A DNA stretch of 64,000 bases. Origin: Bacteroidota bacterium. Its GTDB lineage: Bacteria > Bacteroidota > Ignavibacteria > UBA10030. Within the stretch, counting starts at the first letter, position 1; every line of letters begins with the position of its first letter. A model generated the notes under the pieces. It did not search any database, was not told where the DNA came from, and worked only from the letters and a program-made list of their open reading frames with translations. The DNA is taken from assembly GCA_035390885.1 (NCBI GenBank), contig DAOOUW010000004.1, positions 2,102-66,101 of the forward strand, in the 5' to 3' direction. This document shows, one piece after another, positions 9,863-23,272 of this stretch. Position numbers and translations under genes: made by a program.

Positions 9863-10216
9863 AGATGCAGTGTGGTATTTTCTCCTTGCCTGCTTTTTGT
9901 CATTGGGCAACTCATTCTTCACATCCTTCCCCCGGGAGGATGAGAGAATGTGTAGTGATTTGCCCTTTGCCTAAATTGTTCAGCAAGGTTGAGAACAATT
10001 AAAACTTTCATCTTCTGCAATACAATCACCCGAATGGGTGAATTTTTCTTAGAAATTGTATTTACATCGATATTTAATACCCTATTTAGGGTATATCCAG
10101 TATAAAAGTCTGCTTATAAAAGCTTATGTAGAGAACAGAATGTTCCTTTACAATTTTTTTCAGTATATGATTTTATTTTTTTCTATTATTGATGAAAACA
10201 AATCCGGAAGAAAACC

Positions 10217-11914
10217 TTGAGCCATCAAATTTTGCAGATTCAATCAAATCAACAAATAACAAAATATCTCATTGCAGGATTTGCTGCTCTTATAACATTT
10301 TTTGTTTTCTTTCCGGCGACACAATGCTCATTTACAAATTGGGATGATAATTTCCTTGTAACACAAAATCCTATCATTCGAGATTTGTCATGGAATGGAA
10401 TTGCAAAAATGTTTACTTCCTATTCTGTGAATCATTATCACCCGTTGGTATTATGTTCATACGCAATTGAGTATAAGCTGTTTGGTCTGTCGCCGTATTA
10501 TTTTCACCTCACGAATATTTTACTCCATTCATTGAACGTCTTTTTTATTTCGCTGCTGACACAATACATTTCAAAGAATATCCTCATTGCTTTATTTGTC
10601 GGATTGGTTTTCGGCATTCATCCCCTGCGTGTCGAATCGGTAGCATGGATTGCAGAACGGAAGGATGTACTTTCTACATTCTTTATGTTGCTTTCATTCT
10701 TGTGCTACATTCGTTTCCGTTCTTCGAAAAAATCTTTACTCTACTTAGCAACTCTTCTGCTCTTTTTCTGTTCATTACTTTCGAAAGCAATGGCTGTAAC
10801 GCTTCCGCTACTTTTCCTACTCTATGATTACTACGAAGATGGAAAAATTACAAAAGAGCAAGTCATAAACGTTCTACCCCTACTTGCTCTCTCGCTTATT
10901 TTCGGTATCATCGCTATTTTTGCACAGTACTCAAGTGGAGCTTCTCCGAAAGATCCCTCATTCAATATCATCAAATCGATTTTTCTTGTTTCCTACAATA
11001 TAATTTTTTACTGCCTGAAATTTTTTGTCCCACTCAATTTGGTCCCAATGCATCCATACCCTGAAATTGTTGGGGAAAGTTATCCACTATTATTCTGGCT
11101 CTCTCCGCTTGTTGTTGGTATCATTGTATATGTACTCTATCGTTATTTTCGATCTCAGCGTTTTATTGTATTTGGATTCTTATTTTACGTTCTATCGTTA
11201 CTTCCTGTTTCCCAATTCATTCCAGTTGGAAAAGCATACGTCGCAGATCGCTTTAGCTATGTGCCTTTGTTTGGAATTATGCTCATCGTTGGATATGCGC
11301 TTTTTAAACTCTGGGAATCATATCGCAATCGTCAATGGATATGGATAATCATCGGATTGATTTTTGGAACTTTTGTCTATTGGGGAATTGGAACTCGACA
11401 GCAAATAGATGTATGGAAAACAAGTACTTCGTTATGGTCGAGAGTTGTCCAGATGAGTCCTCGATTTGCAGAAGGATATTGTAATCTCGGAACAGCGCTT
11501 GCAGAAGAAGGAAAAGCCGATGACGCGCTGGCAAATTTTAACATTGCAATATCGTTCGATCCTTTTGACGAAGAATTTTATTATAATCGAGGATTATTAT
11601 ACTTGAACACAGGCAATTTTGAGAAAGCAATCGAAGATTTTTCATCTGTTATTACACTGAATCCGCAAAACGTTTTTGCTTATGTGCTTCGAGGCGATGC
11701 GTACACAAAATCAGGATCGTATGAAAATGCAATTTCCGATTATGAATATATCTTACAATATTTCCCTGCTGTTATTGATGTAAGAATAAAGAAATTGAGA
11801 GCTTTGGTGGCGAGTGGAAATGCTAAAGCCGCATTGGTAGAGAAGAATAAATTACTATCTCTCGGAGTTTCTGCCGATAGTGTATCGGCTATTATGTTAG
11901 GGAATTCCAAATAA
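10217..11914 (+). CDS. Polytopic membrane protein with C-terminal TPR repeats (TMTC/PMT-like glycosyltransferase-type architecture, DUF1736-like).
   Basis: An N-terminal region of about 400 aa contains many predicted TM helices, and the C-terminal roughly 160 aa carry TPR-like repeats ('GYCNLGTALAEEGKADDALANFNIAISFDP...'). The start codon is TTG with 'ggaaga' 6 nt upstream. Confidence 0.5.
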   Translation: MSHQILQIQSNQQITKYLIAGFAALITFFVFFPATQCSFTNWDDNFLVTQNPIIRDLSWNGIAKMFTSYSVNHYHPLVLCSYAIEYKLFGLSPYYFHLTNILLHSLNVFFISLLTQYISKNILIALFVGLVFGIHPLRVESVAWIAERKDVLSTFFMLLSFLCYIRFRSSKKSLLYLATLLLFFCSLLSKAMAVTLPLLFLLYDYYEDGKITKEQVINVLPLLALSLIFGIIAIFAQYSSGASPKDPSFNIIKSIFLVSYNIIFYCLKFFVPLNLVPMHPYPEIVGESYPLLFWLSPLVVGIIVYVLYRYFRSQRFIVFGFLFYVLSLLPVSQFIPVGKAYVADRFSYVPLFGIMLIVGYALFKLWESYRNRQWIWIIIGLIFGTFVYWGIGTRQQIDVWKTSTSLWSRVVQMSPRFAEGYCNLGTALAEEGKADDALANFNIAISFDPFDEEFYYNRGLLYLNTGNFEKAIEDFSSVITLNPQNVFAYVLRGDAYTKSGSYENAISDYEYILQYFPAVIDVRIKKLRALVASGNAKAALVEKNKLLSLGVSADSVSAIMLGNSK

Positions 11915-11983
11915 AGTTGTGATATATTAAACTTTTTCTACGTCAATCATTGTAGAACATATCCAGCAATCCGATCAAACTGA

Positions 11984-14900
11984 TTAGATCACGATTCCTT
12001 CTTTTAACGTTGCAAGGAATGATTCCATTTCTTCAAGCCGTTCACTCGGCGATGCGCGATGAGGAATATGCGTAACAAGATACAATTGTTTCCCGTTTTG
12101 CTTGAGTGTGCAGCGATACGATTTTAGTTCCGGAATTTTCTTCATCAATTGTTGAAATGGCGCAGATTCACCTTCATAAAAAGTTGTAACATCTGATGGT
12201 GGAAAATGAAGCGTAACGGTATCGCCTTGAAGCTCTACCTTTATAAATCCAAGAGCTGCAGCGCTTTTTCGAATTTCAACGACTTTGAAAAGATGTTCTA
12301 CCTCTTCAGGATATTCACCAAAGCGATCGCGCAGCTCTGCACGAAGATTCTGTAACTCGCCATTTGTAGAAACTCGATACAACCTTCGATAGACATCGAG
12401 CCGTTCGGAATCATGTTCTATATAGATTTCTGGAATGTACGCATCTACATCAACTTCAATCACTGTATCCGGCAAATTTTTCTTTCCAACGGTACGCTGT
12501 TCCGGAAAGAGATCGGAAAATTCTTTCTCTTTTAATTCCTGCACCGCTTCATCAACGATGCGCTGGTACATTTCGAATCCCATTTCCATAATAAAACCCG
12601 ATTGCTCAGAGCCAAGCAAATTACCCGCCCCACGAATTTCTAGATCTCGCATTGCCAGGTTAAAACCTGAACCAAGCTCAGTAAACTCTTCCAGCGCCTG
12701 CAATTTACGGAGTGTTTGATGTGGTAATACCGAGAACGGCGGCGTGAGAAGATATGCGTACGCCTGAACATTCGAACGACCGACGCGTCCACGCAACTGG
12801 TACAATTCGGCTAAACCAAATCGGTCTGCACGGTTGATAATAATTGTATTGACGCTTGGAATATCAATTCCCGACTCGATAATTTTTGTGCAAATCAATA
12901 CATCAAATTTCTTATCAAAGAAATCGAGCATTGTATGTTCAAGTTCATGTCCTTTCATTTGTCCATGGGCAATTCGATAGCGAGCGGTCGGCACTAACGC
13001 TTGAAGCATCTGTTGTACGTTTTCAATATTCTGTACACGGTCGTGAACAAAGTATACCTGCCCGCCGCGATGCAATTCTTTTAGTATTGCCTCACGAATG
13101 AGATTCGTATCAAACTCTGCGATTTCTGTTTGGATAGGAAGTCGATTTTTGGGCGGAGTTGTAATGAGAGAAAGATCTCGCGCGCCAAGAAGCGAAAATT
13201 GTAACGTGCGAGGAATGGGCGTTGCCGTTAAGGTCAATGTATCCACCGTTGCTCGCATCTGTCGTAATTTTTCTTTGGCTGCAACGCCAAAGCGATGTTC
13301 TTCATCAATAATGAGAAGCCCGAGGTCTTTGAATTGAACATCCTTCGAAAGCAACCGATGCGTTCCGATTAGAATATCAATAGAACCAGCCTTCAACGCT
13401 TCGAGAATAGCATTTTGCTCTTTCCTGGTTCTGAATCTATTAATCATTTCAACACGAACCGAGTACCGCTCGACACGCTCGCGAAATGTTTGATAATGTT
13501 GTTGAGCAAGAATTGTCGTTGGCACCAGCACGGCGACTTGTTTGTTGTTCATTACAGCCTTGAACGCTGCACGCACGGCAATCTCGGTTTTCCCAAACCC
13601 AACATCGCCACAAATAAGTCGATCCATTGGCGATGGATTTTCCATATCTCTTTTTACTTCTTCCGTTGTACGAGCCTGATCGGGCGTATCTTCATAGATG
13701 AAGGAAGCTTCGAGTTCTTTTTGCCAGTGTGCATCTGGCGCGCAGGCAAATCCTGATTCATGCTTTCGTTTTGCATAGAGCAAGATAAGATCGCGGGCAA
13801 TGTCTTTAATCTTTTTGCGTGCATGCGCCTTCAACCGATTCCAATCCGGTGTGCCAAGTTTCGACAGCTTCGGAACATGCCCTTCCTGCGATGAATACTT
13901 CTGAACTCTGTTTAAGGAGTTAAGATTGACATACAATGTGTCTCGTCCATCGTAGAGAAGTTTCATTACTTCTGTTTCGACGCCATTGATGCGCAATTTT
14001 TGAAGCCCCGCAAACTTCCCAATTCCATAGTCTTGATGCACAACAAAATCCCCGCGCCGAAGTTGTACCAGTTCCTTTTGAGAAATTCCATGGAACCGCT
14101 TTCGAGAGGAAAGTTTGCGCTGCTTCCGCCTACCAAAAATTTCGTGCTCGGTGAAAATAGCAAGTCTGACATCAGGAAAAATAAATCCATGGTGAAGCGC
14201 TTCGGAATGAATTTTATATTGCAGTTGAGCAGATCCATTCAGTCGTTGAGAATCTTCATTGTAAGATGGATTTGTAACTTCTTCTTCGATTAACTCTTCG
14301 AGACGTTGCGCTTCGTCGTTTGAATCTGCAAGGATCAATACATTGTACTGCTGCTCGTTGTAATGCCGAATTTGTTCGATGAGTCGCCGAATGCTTCCTT
14401 GAATTGGCGGATGCTGTGATGAACCAAATTGAATGCTTCCATTCGATCCTTGTTCGAAGGAAGTGTGAAGAATGCGAGGGCGCTGTGATATACTTTCCTC
14501 AAGCGCTTCCCATGAAAAAGTGGATGCATATCCCTCAAGCTGCAGCTCTTCGACTTCTTTTTGACAAAGCACAGGTCCATCAATGAATAAAAGAGTGTTC
14601 GATGGCAAATAATCAAAAATGGAAGTTGGTTGATTTCCGCGCTCATCGGTAAGGTTCGAAATATCGGGAACAAAGACGGCTGCCGAAAGCTCACGAATGG
14701 AACGCTGGGAAACAACATCGAACTCCCGAATTGATTCAATTGTATCTCCCCAAAATTCCAATCGAATTGGATGTTCGCCAATGAAAGGGAACACATCCAC
14801 AATTCCACCTCGTACAGCATAGTCGCCGTACTCTTCCACAAAATCTTTTTTTTCGAATCCAAAATCATTCAGTTGCGACAGCAAATCTTGAAAAGGATAT

Positions 14901-15343
14901 TCATGTTGAGCAGAAATCTTGATGATGTGCGAAGTAAATTGTTCCGGCGATGGCAAGCGCGCAGTGAGAGCCTCCGCCGATGCAATTAGTAAAATGTTCG
15001 ATGATTGCGAGAGTGCAAGGAGTGATTCGATTTTAGCAATCAGCGCTGTAATATCTAATTGGTAAGATTTATGGTTTGGCGGCGCAACGTATAAGCGTAC
15101 GGAAGAATCATCGAGGATTCGTGTACAATCATCGTAGATTTCTTCCGCTCGATCTTTCTCTGATGTAACTACAAGAACAACGCCACGGTACTGTTGATGA
15201 AGGGAAGCAGTAAACAGGGAAAGAAGAGAACCGCGTATTCCAGAAATAGTAATAGGATTGGTTGAAGTGAGCTGGCGAAGCTCATTCTCGAATTTTGAAA
15301 ATGTCGAGGTAGATTGCAGTTGTTGTAAAAGCTCATCCAGCAT
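11984..15343 (-). CDS. mfd: Transcription-repair coupling factor.
   Basis: 1119 aa. It has Walker A 'GDVGFGKTE', a DEEH box 'IIDEEHRFG' and the TRCF domain. Confidence 0.9.
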   Translation of the reverse strand: MLDELLQQLQSTSTFSKFENELRQLTSTNPITISGIRGSLLSLFTASLHQQYRGVVLVVTSEKDRAEEIYDDCTRILDDSSVRLYVAPPNHKSYQLDITALIAKIESLLALSQSSNILLIASAEALTARLPSPEQFTSHIIKISAQHEYPFQDLLSQLNDFGFEKKDFVEEYGDYAVRGGIVDVFPFIGEHPIRLEFWGDTIESIREFDVVSQRSIRELSAAVFVPDISNLTDERGNQPTSIFDYLPSNTLLFIDGPVLCQKEVEELQLEGYASTFSWEALEESISQRPRILHTSFEQGSNGSIQFGSSQHPPIQGSIRRLIEQIRHYNEQQYNVLILADSNDEAQRLEELIEEEVTNPSYNEDSQRLNGSAQLQYKIHSEALHHGFIFPDVRLAIFTEHEIFGRRKQRKLSSRKRFHGISQKELVQLRRGDFVVHQDYGIGKFAGLQKLRINGVETEVMKLLYDGRDTLYVNLNSLNRVQKYSSQEGHVPKLSKLGTPDWNRLKAHARKKIKDIARDLILLYAKRKHESGFACAPDAHWQKELEASFIYEDTPDQARTTEEVKRDMENPSPMDRLICGDVGFGKTEIAVRAAFKAVMNNKQVAVLVPTTILAQQHYQTFRERVERYSVRVEMINRFRTRKEQNAILEALKAGSIDILIGTHRLLSKDVQFKDLGLLIIDEEHRFGVAAKEKLRQMRATVDTLTLTATPIPRTLQFSLLGARDLSLITTPPKNRLPIQTEIAEFDTNLIREAILKELHRGGQVYFVHDRVQNIENVQQMLQALVPTARYRIAHGQMKGHELEHTMLDFFDKKFDVLICTKIIESGIDIPSVNTIIINRADRFGLAELYQLRGRVGRSNVQAYAYLLTPPFSVLPHQTLRKLQALEEFTELGSGFNLAMRDLEIRGAGNLLGSEQSGFIMEMGFEMYQRIVDEAVQELKEKEFSDLFPEQRTVGKKNLPDTVIEVDVDAYIPEIYIEHDSERLDVYRRLYRVSTNGELQNLRAELRDRFGEYPEEVEHLFKVVEIRKSAAALGFIKVELQGDTVTLHFPPSDVTTFYEGESAPFQQLMKKIPELKSYRCTLKQNGKQLYLVTHIPHRASPSERLEEMESFLATLKEGIVI

Positions 15344-15410
15344 AGAAATGTTTCTATTCCACTACAATTCTTTTTACCCTATCGTTCACTGCTACGAATG
15401 ATGAGCGAAC

Positions 15411-17261
15411 CTATGCTTCGATTGTTTCTGCCTGTTTTCGGGAATATCGGTTTCGATCGTTGTGGTCGAGTATTTTCTTTCGTAAGCGAATTGATTTCGG
15501 AGTAACTTCCACTAATTCGTCATCGGCAATCCATTCGATTGCTTGTTCTAGCGTCAGAAGTCGCGGCGGTTCAAGCCGTACAGCTTCATCTGAGCCCGAT
15601 GCTCGCATATTCGTCAGTTGTTTTGTTCGGCACACATTGACGACCATGTCGTACTCGCGGGAATTTTCACCAACAATCATTCCTGCATAGACTTGCGTTC
15701 CTGGCTCGATGAAGAACGTACATCGATCCTGAAGTTTCCACATTGCGTACGGCACCGCTGTGCCATCTTCAAGCGCAACGAGCGCGCCTCGTGAGCGTGT
15801 AGAAATATCACCCTTGTGTGGTTCATAGCTATAGAATGTTTGATGGAGAATGCCGGTGCCTTTTGTTTGTGTAAGAAATTCAGAACGGAAGCCAATCAAG
15901 CCTCGTGCTGGTACCAGAAATTCTAATCGTGTGTTTCCTTTGTTTTGGATCATGTTGCGTAACTCGCCTCGACGTGAGCCAATATTTTCCATCGTTACGC
16001 CGACGAACTCATCCGGCACATCAATGATAACCTGCTCATACGGTTCACACACAATGTCATCGATGCGTTTATAAATTACCTCGGGGCGCGAGACTTGAAA
16101 TTCATATCCTTCACGTCGCATCGTTTCAATTAAAATACTGAGATGAAGTTCGCCTCGTCCGCTCAACTTAAAGACATCCGGCGAATCTGTTAATTCCACT
16201 CGCAAGCTGACGTTCGAGCGAAGTTCACGCGCTAATCGTTCGCCAAGATGCCGTGTTGTAACATATTTTCCTTCCAATCCAGCTAAAGGGGAATTGTTGA
16301 CGACAAAATTCATCGAGAGCGTCGGTTCTTCAATCGAAACAAATGGCAAAGGACTGGGATCGACAGCATCGGCAATCGTCTCGCCAATATCAACATCTTC
16401 CATCCCAGCGATAGCGATAATGTCGCCTGTTCCAGCTTCTTCAACTTCGAGTCGCTCTAAACCGTAAAAAGTATAAATCTTTGTTACGCGAGCATCTTCG
16501 ATTGTGCCATCGCGATGAACGACTTTCATTGGCGATCCAAGCCGAATGGCGCCACGGTTTACTTTTCCAATACCGAGCCTACCGAGATAGTCATTATAAT
16601 CAATGGTTGTTACAAGCATTTGAAATGGCGCATCGATATCGCCATCTGGCGCTGGAATTCGTTCGATAATGGTTTCAAAAAGCGGTTCGAGCGAAGAGTT
16701 TTTATCTTCCAATTCCCGTTTTGCGATTCCTTGCTTTGCAATGCAGTAAAGCGTAGGGAAATCTAATTGTTTGTCTGTTGCGCCAAGCGAAAGAAACAAT
16801 TCAAAAATCTCATCGAGTACTTCGTGGGGACGAGCATCTTTTCGATCGATTTTGTTGATAATAACAATCGGATGAAGATTGAGTTCTAGCGATTTCTTTA
16901 GAACGAACTTTGTTCCTGGGAGCGGTCCTTCAGCGGCATCGACAAGGAGGAGAACTCCGTCTACCATTTTCAATGTCCGTTCAACTTCGCCCGAAAAATC
17001 AGAATGCCCTGGCGTATCGACAATATTAATTTTATACTCGACTCCAGTTATTGGGTGTGTATAAAGGACAGCGGTATTTTTTGCCAGAATTGTGATTCCT
17101 CGTTCTCGTTCTAACTCGTTGGAATCCATCACGCGAGCGCCAACGTTTTGGTTTGCACGAAATGTTCCTGTTTGACGAAGCATATAATCAACAAGCGTTG
17201 TCTTTCCGTGGTCAACATGCGCTATAATTGCAATATTTCGAATTTGATCTCTTGTAATCAT
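15411..17261 (-). CDS. typA: Translational GTPase TypA/BipA.
   Basis: The N-terminal '[17 protein letters not shown]' block, a G-domain, EF-G-like domains and a 616-aa length fit TypA. Confidence 0.9.
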   Translation of the reverse strand: MITRDQIRNIAIIAHVDHGKTTLVDYMLRQTGTFRANQNVGARVMDSNELERERGITILAKNTAVLYTHPITGVEYKINIVDTPGHSDFSGEVERTLKMVDGVLLLVDAAEGPLPGTKFVLKKSLELNLHPIVIINKIDRKDARPHEVLDEIFELFLSLGATDKQLDFPTLYCIAKQGIAKRELEDKNSSLEPLFETIIERIPAPDGDIDAPFQMLVTTIDYNDYLGRLGIGKVNRGAIRLGSPMKVVHRDGTIEDARVTKIYTFYGLERLEVEEAGTGDIIAIAGMEDVDIGETIADAVDPSPLPFVSIEEPTLSMNFVVNNSPLAGLEGKYVTTRHLGERLARELRSNVSLRVELTDSPDVFKLSGRGELHLSILIETMRREGYEFQVSRPEVIYKRIDDIVCEPYEQVIIDVPDEFVGVTMENIGSRRGELRNMIQNKGNTRLEFLVPARGLIGFRSEFLTQTKGTGILHQTFYSYEPHKGDISTRSRGALVALEDGTAVPYAMWKLQDRCTFFIEPGTQVYAGMIVGENSREYDMVVNVCRTKQLTNMRASGSDEAVRLEPPRLLTLEQAIEWIADDELVEVTPKSIRLRKKILDHNDRNRYSRKQAETIEA

Positions 17262-17401
17262 TGTATCTTATACCTAAAAAAATATCTCAGCCTCTCCACT
17301 TCTGCAGAAAGTACTGAGAGTAAATCAACAAACCTACGATAAAAAATAAATGCCTCTTTTAATGGAGGCATCTATAAGATACGAAACTTTTGGGAGAAAT
17401 T

Positions 17402-17435
17402 AAAAAGGCTGGGATAAATCTGCCAGCCTTTTTAG
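17402..17435. terminator. Bidirectional rho-independent terminator.
   Basis: Hairpin 'aaaaaggctgg...ccagccttttt' flanked by A-run and T-run. Confidence 0.55.
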
Positions 17436-17446
17436 AAGAAATCTTA

Positions 17447-18484
17447 TTATCGGATGGAAATACCTGCGCCAAGTGTTGCTACAGGAACTTTTGCAAAGCT
17501 ATATTCTGCATTGATATCGAGAATAAATAAGGAAAATCGAAGTCCCACATTGAAACGAGATTTATTATCTCCAGTAAAATCAAAGCCTTTTACAGTTACG
17601 GTGTTCCCTGTTGCTGGATCAAGATAGTCATAATCGTTTAATGTAGCTGTAGCTTTTTCTAATTGGAATCCTCCATAGAGCGTTACAAACAAAATACTCT
17701 TGCTCGCTTCCAATCCATAGGCAACACCTTTTGCAGTAAAAATATCTTTATCCGAAGTTGATTTGAATGTTAGTTTCTGAGTTGTAAAATGTACCGCAAT
17801 ATCAACTGGGCATAGAGGAATCCACTGATCGACGTCATAGCGCAAGCCAAATCCAAAATAACTCAACTTACCGGCATCTTCTATTTTTGTTGGAGGTATG
17901 TAGCGTCCAATCACTTCAAATCCTAATGGCAATCCAATAGCAACTTGAGGAACAGGAAGCGGAACTGAAGGGATATCAAATCCACCAGGGAATGAAAAAA
18001 TTTGTTTGTTGACAGGTATGGTTATTGAATCTCCGTTGCCAATTCCGAATTTGAAATTACGACTCACCATTAGTGGAGTAGATTCTTTTGAACCAAGAGC
18101 GGTGTTCAATGTAATAGTTTCTGGATAGTCGACTCCTCGTCTAAATGTAATTGGCACTGAAGGATAACTCGGATCGATTTCGTTGGCTCGAACTGTAAAA
18201 GTTTCTGGCAGGTTGTAGATAAAGGTTTTATCTCCATCTTTTACAAACGTAAGAGAGACTTTCACGCCAATATCAAATCCTAATACCTTGTGGAGATCCG
18301 CAGAATGGTAATAGCCTGAATTAAGATCGGCAGAAAAATGGTTAAGAAATGGGGAGACATATCCTATCACAGCATCTCGAGAAAGTTTTTGAATTTGCTC
18401 CTGCAAATCTTGCGCCTGTACCGTTACGACAAATGCTGCTGTAAAAATTGTAGTGATAATAAGGATTCGTGAACAATGTCGCAT
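17447..18484 (-). CDS. Hypothetical secreted/outer-membrane protein.
   Basis: A signal peptide ends 'VQAQ'. The sequence is beta-strand-rich with alternating hydrophobic residues, and no catalytic motif is visible. Confidence 0.4.
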   Translation of the reverse strand: MRHCSRILIITTIFTAAFVVTVQAQDLQEQIQKLSRDAVIGYVSPFLNHFSADLNSGYYHSADLHKVLGFDIGVKVSLTFVKDGDKTFIYNLPETFTVRANEIDPSYPSVPITFRRGVDYPETITLNTALGSKESTPLMVSRNFKFGIGNGDSITIPVNKQIFSFPGGFDIPSVPLPVPQVAIGLPLGFEVIGRYIPPTKIEDAGKLSYFGFGLRYDVDQWIPLCPVDIAVHFTTQKLTFKSTSDKDIFTAKGVAYGLEASKSILFVTLYGGFQLEKATATLNDYDYLDPATGNTVTVKGFDFTGDNKSRFNVGLRFSLFILDINAEYSFAKVPVATLGAGISIR

Positions 18485-18846
18485 AATTCCTCCTATTGAT
18501 TAAAGTTTATTATATGTAAAGGTTATTCGTTACAAATGTAAATGTTCCTTTATGAAATTACAAGGGGAATTTGTGTCTTGTGTCGGGTAGCGCTTTTTAT
18601 TGAACATGTTCCGATGGCGCTTCGCGTATCTGCCGAAGTATTTCTTGCTGTAGCAATTGATTGCCACTCTAGTGCATGTTTCCCGTCTCCATTGTTGCAA
18701 CATTTGGTTGTTTCTTGTATTTTTTCACTATTCATTTTGCAAGTTAATTCTATTTCTACATATTACAGCTTGAAAGTGGAAGAAATAATTACTACCATTT
18801 TTAAAGAAATGGGGAGGAAATAATTCATACCACAAGATAAGAGCTT

Positions 18847-21676
<2,830 letters not shown>

Positions 21677-21700
21677 TCATCCATACATGGAGGAACTTCT

Positions 21701-22345
21701 ATGCGCTCATTTCAACGTAGTACTATTATTCTACTGGCATTAATGCTTTTCACAACAACACTCTTTTGCCAGACGCGAAGTGGAAAACTTGGAATCGGAG
21801 TAGCCGGCAGTGCAGACTACTTTTTAGGGGATGGCAACTCAGAGGCTAAACTTGGAGGCGATGGTGGAGCTAGTCTCTTCTATTCTCCAATTCAATATCT
21901 TGGCATCCGTGCAAATGTTGGTATGGGGAAATTACGCTGGCAACCAATTGGGAAATCGAATATTGTCTCGACAGATTATATGTACAGCGCAGGGTACTTG
22001 AGTCTCGATATGGCGCCTTCCAGTTCATTCAATCCTTTTATCTTTGGTGGAGCTGCGGCTGTTTTTTATGATCCACACACGAAAGATGGTAAATATCGTA
22101 GTGGAAACACTTTCGATGTTCACTATAGCGGCGGCGGAGGATTGGACTATTTCATCAATGAATTCTGGTCTCTTACTATAAAAGGGGAATACGTCTATAC
22201 AAACTCAAAATACTACAATGGCGATGATACAAATGGAAATGATAGCTTTCTACGTGCAGGACTTGAGGTTCGCTATTACTTCTTCGACCAAAATTTTGTT
22301 AAGCGTATGTTAGAAGCGCTAAAGGATCGATACAAGAACAAATAA
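21701..22345 (+). CDS. Small outer-membrane beta-barrel protein (OmpA-N/porin-like).
   Basis: It has a signal peptide, amphipathic beta-strand pattern, and a C-terminus ending with an aromatic-rich strand. Confidence 0.45.
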   Translation: MRSFQRSTIILLALMLFTTTLFCQTRSGKLGIGVAGSADYFLGDGNSEAKLGGDGGASLFYSPIQYLGIRANVGMGKLRWQPIGKSNIVSTDYMYSAGYLSLDMAPSSSFNPFIFGGAAAVFYDPHTKDGKYRSGNTFDVHYSGGGGLDYFINEFWSLTIKGEYVYTNSKYYNGDDTNGNDSFLRAGLEVRYYFFDQNFVKRMLEALKDRYKNK

Positions 22346-22349
22346 ATGC

Positions 22350-22889
22350 ATGTTTGAAGTACTCCGTACAAAAATAGGATTACAGTATGCACGGTTGCGA
22401 TTGTCTTATCATTCCGACCGTGCATTTCGTTTTACAGAAGCGTTAGAACATTCACAACGCGTATTGATTCTCTTCCCAGAAACTCCAATAGAACCGGAAG
22501 CCACTTCATCCCTTATTCGTTACCTCCTCCATCGCTTCTCCTATGAGCGCCTTACATTGTTTATTCGCGAAGACCTCCTGTTCCACCTCGCCCCTGCTCC
22601 TCCCGTAAAAACATTTCTCTATACGAATGATGATATTTCACGGTACTATATTCCTCGTCGACGCTTGCAATCGAAACTTCTTTTGAATACTTTTGATGTA
22701 GTGATTGATCTTAATCTCGGTTTGCATTTGCCCAGCGCATATTTGTGTAAGACATCGAATGCTCCGCTTCGTATTGGATTTGTAAAACCGTATAGCGATC
22801 ACTTTTATAATTTACAGGTACAGACTCATGGAACAACCAATACGGTTGCAACGTATAGAAATTTCCTTAAATGTCTTGATATGTTTTAG
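22350..22889 (+). CDS. Hypothetical protein.
   Basis: The ORF has no recognisable motif. It immediately precedes a STAS-domain gene. Confidence 0.3.
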   Translation: MFEVLRTKIGLQYARLRLSYHSDRAFRFTEALEHSQRVLILFPETPIEPEATSSLIRYLLHRFSYERLTLFIREDLLFHLAPAPPVKTFLYTNDDISRYYIPRRRLQSKLLLNTFDVVIDLNLGLHLPSAYLCKTSNAPLRIGFVKPYSDHFYNLQVQTHGTTNTVATYRNFLKCLDMF

Positions 22890-22906
22890 GTGAGGAGGAA
22901 AGAAGT

Positions 22907-23236
22907 ATGAAGTACGAAACAAAACAAAATGGATCTTCTGTACTTTTCAAGTTGAAAGAGAAACGGCTCGACTCCAATATTTCTCCGGAATTAAAGGGAG
23001 AATTTCTCATTCTCTGCAAACCACAAACAAAAGAACTCCATATTGATTTATCAGATGTTGAGTTTTGCGATAGCAGTGGATTGAGCGCACTGCTCATTGC
23101 CGAACGAAAGATGCGGGCAAATGGAGGGAAAGTAAAGATTATCGGCGTCCAGAAAAAAATTTTGTCGCTGTTGAAAATTACACACCTTGACCAGGCTTTC
23201 GATATTGAAGTTCCAAAGACAAAAGATGCAAAGTAA
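22907..23236 (+). CDS. STAS-domain protein (anti-sigma-factor antagonist, SpoIIAA-like).
   Basis: 109 aa. The 'DLSDVEFCDSSGLSALLIAERK' block carries the conserved phosphorylatable Ser context. Confidence 0.7.
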   Translation: MKYETKQNGSSVLFKLKEKRLDSNISPELKGEFLILCKPQTKELHIDLSDVEFCDSSGLSALLIAERKMRANGGKVKIIGVQKKILSLLKITHLDQAFDIEVPKTKDAK

Positions 23237-23272
23237 TTTCTACAATAGTGGGAAAGCTCCAAGTATTGTGAT

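Noticed and set aside
9919-10011. A 30-aa minus-strand ORF 'MKVLIVLNLAEQFRQRANHYTFSHPPGGRM' upstream of the orphan terminator.
   Set aside because: It has no Shine-Dalgarno site and no recognisable motif, so it may be a chance ORF. It is mentioned only as context for the orphan terminators.
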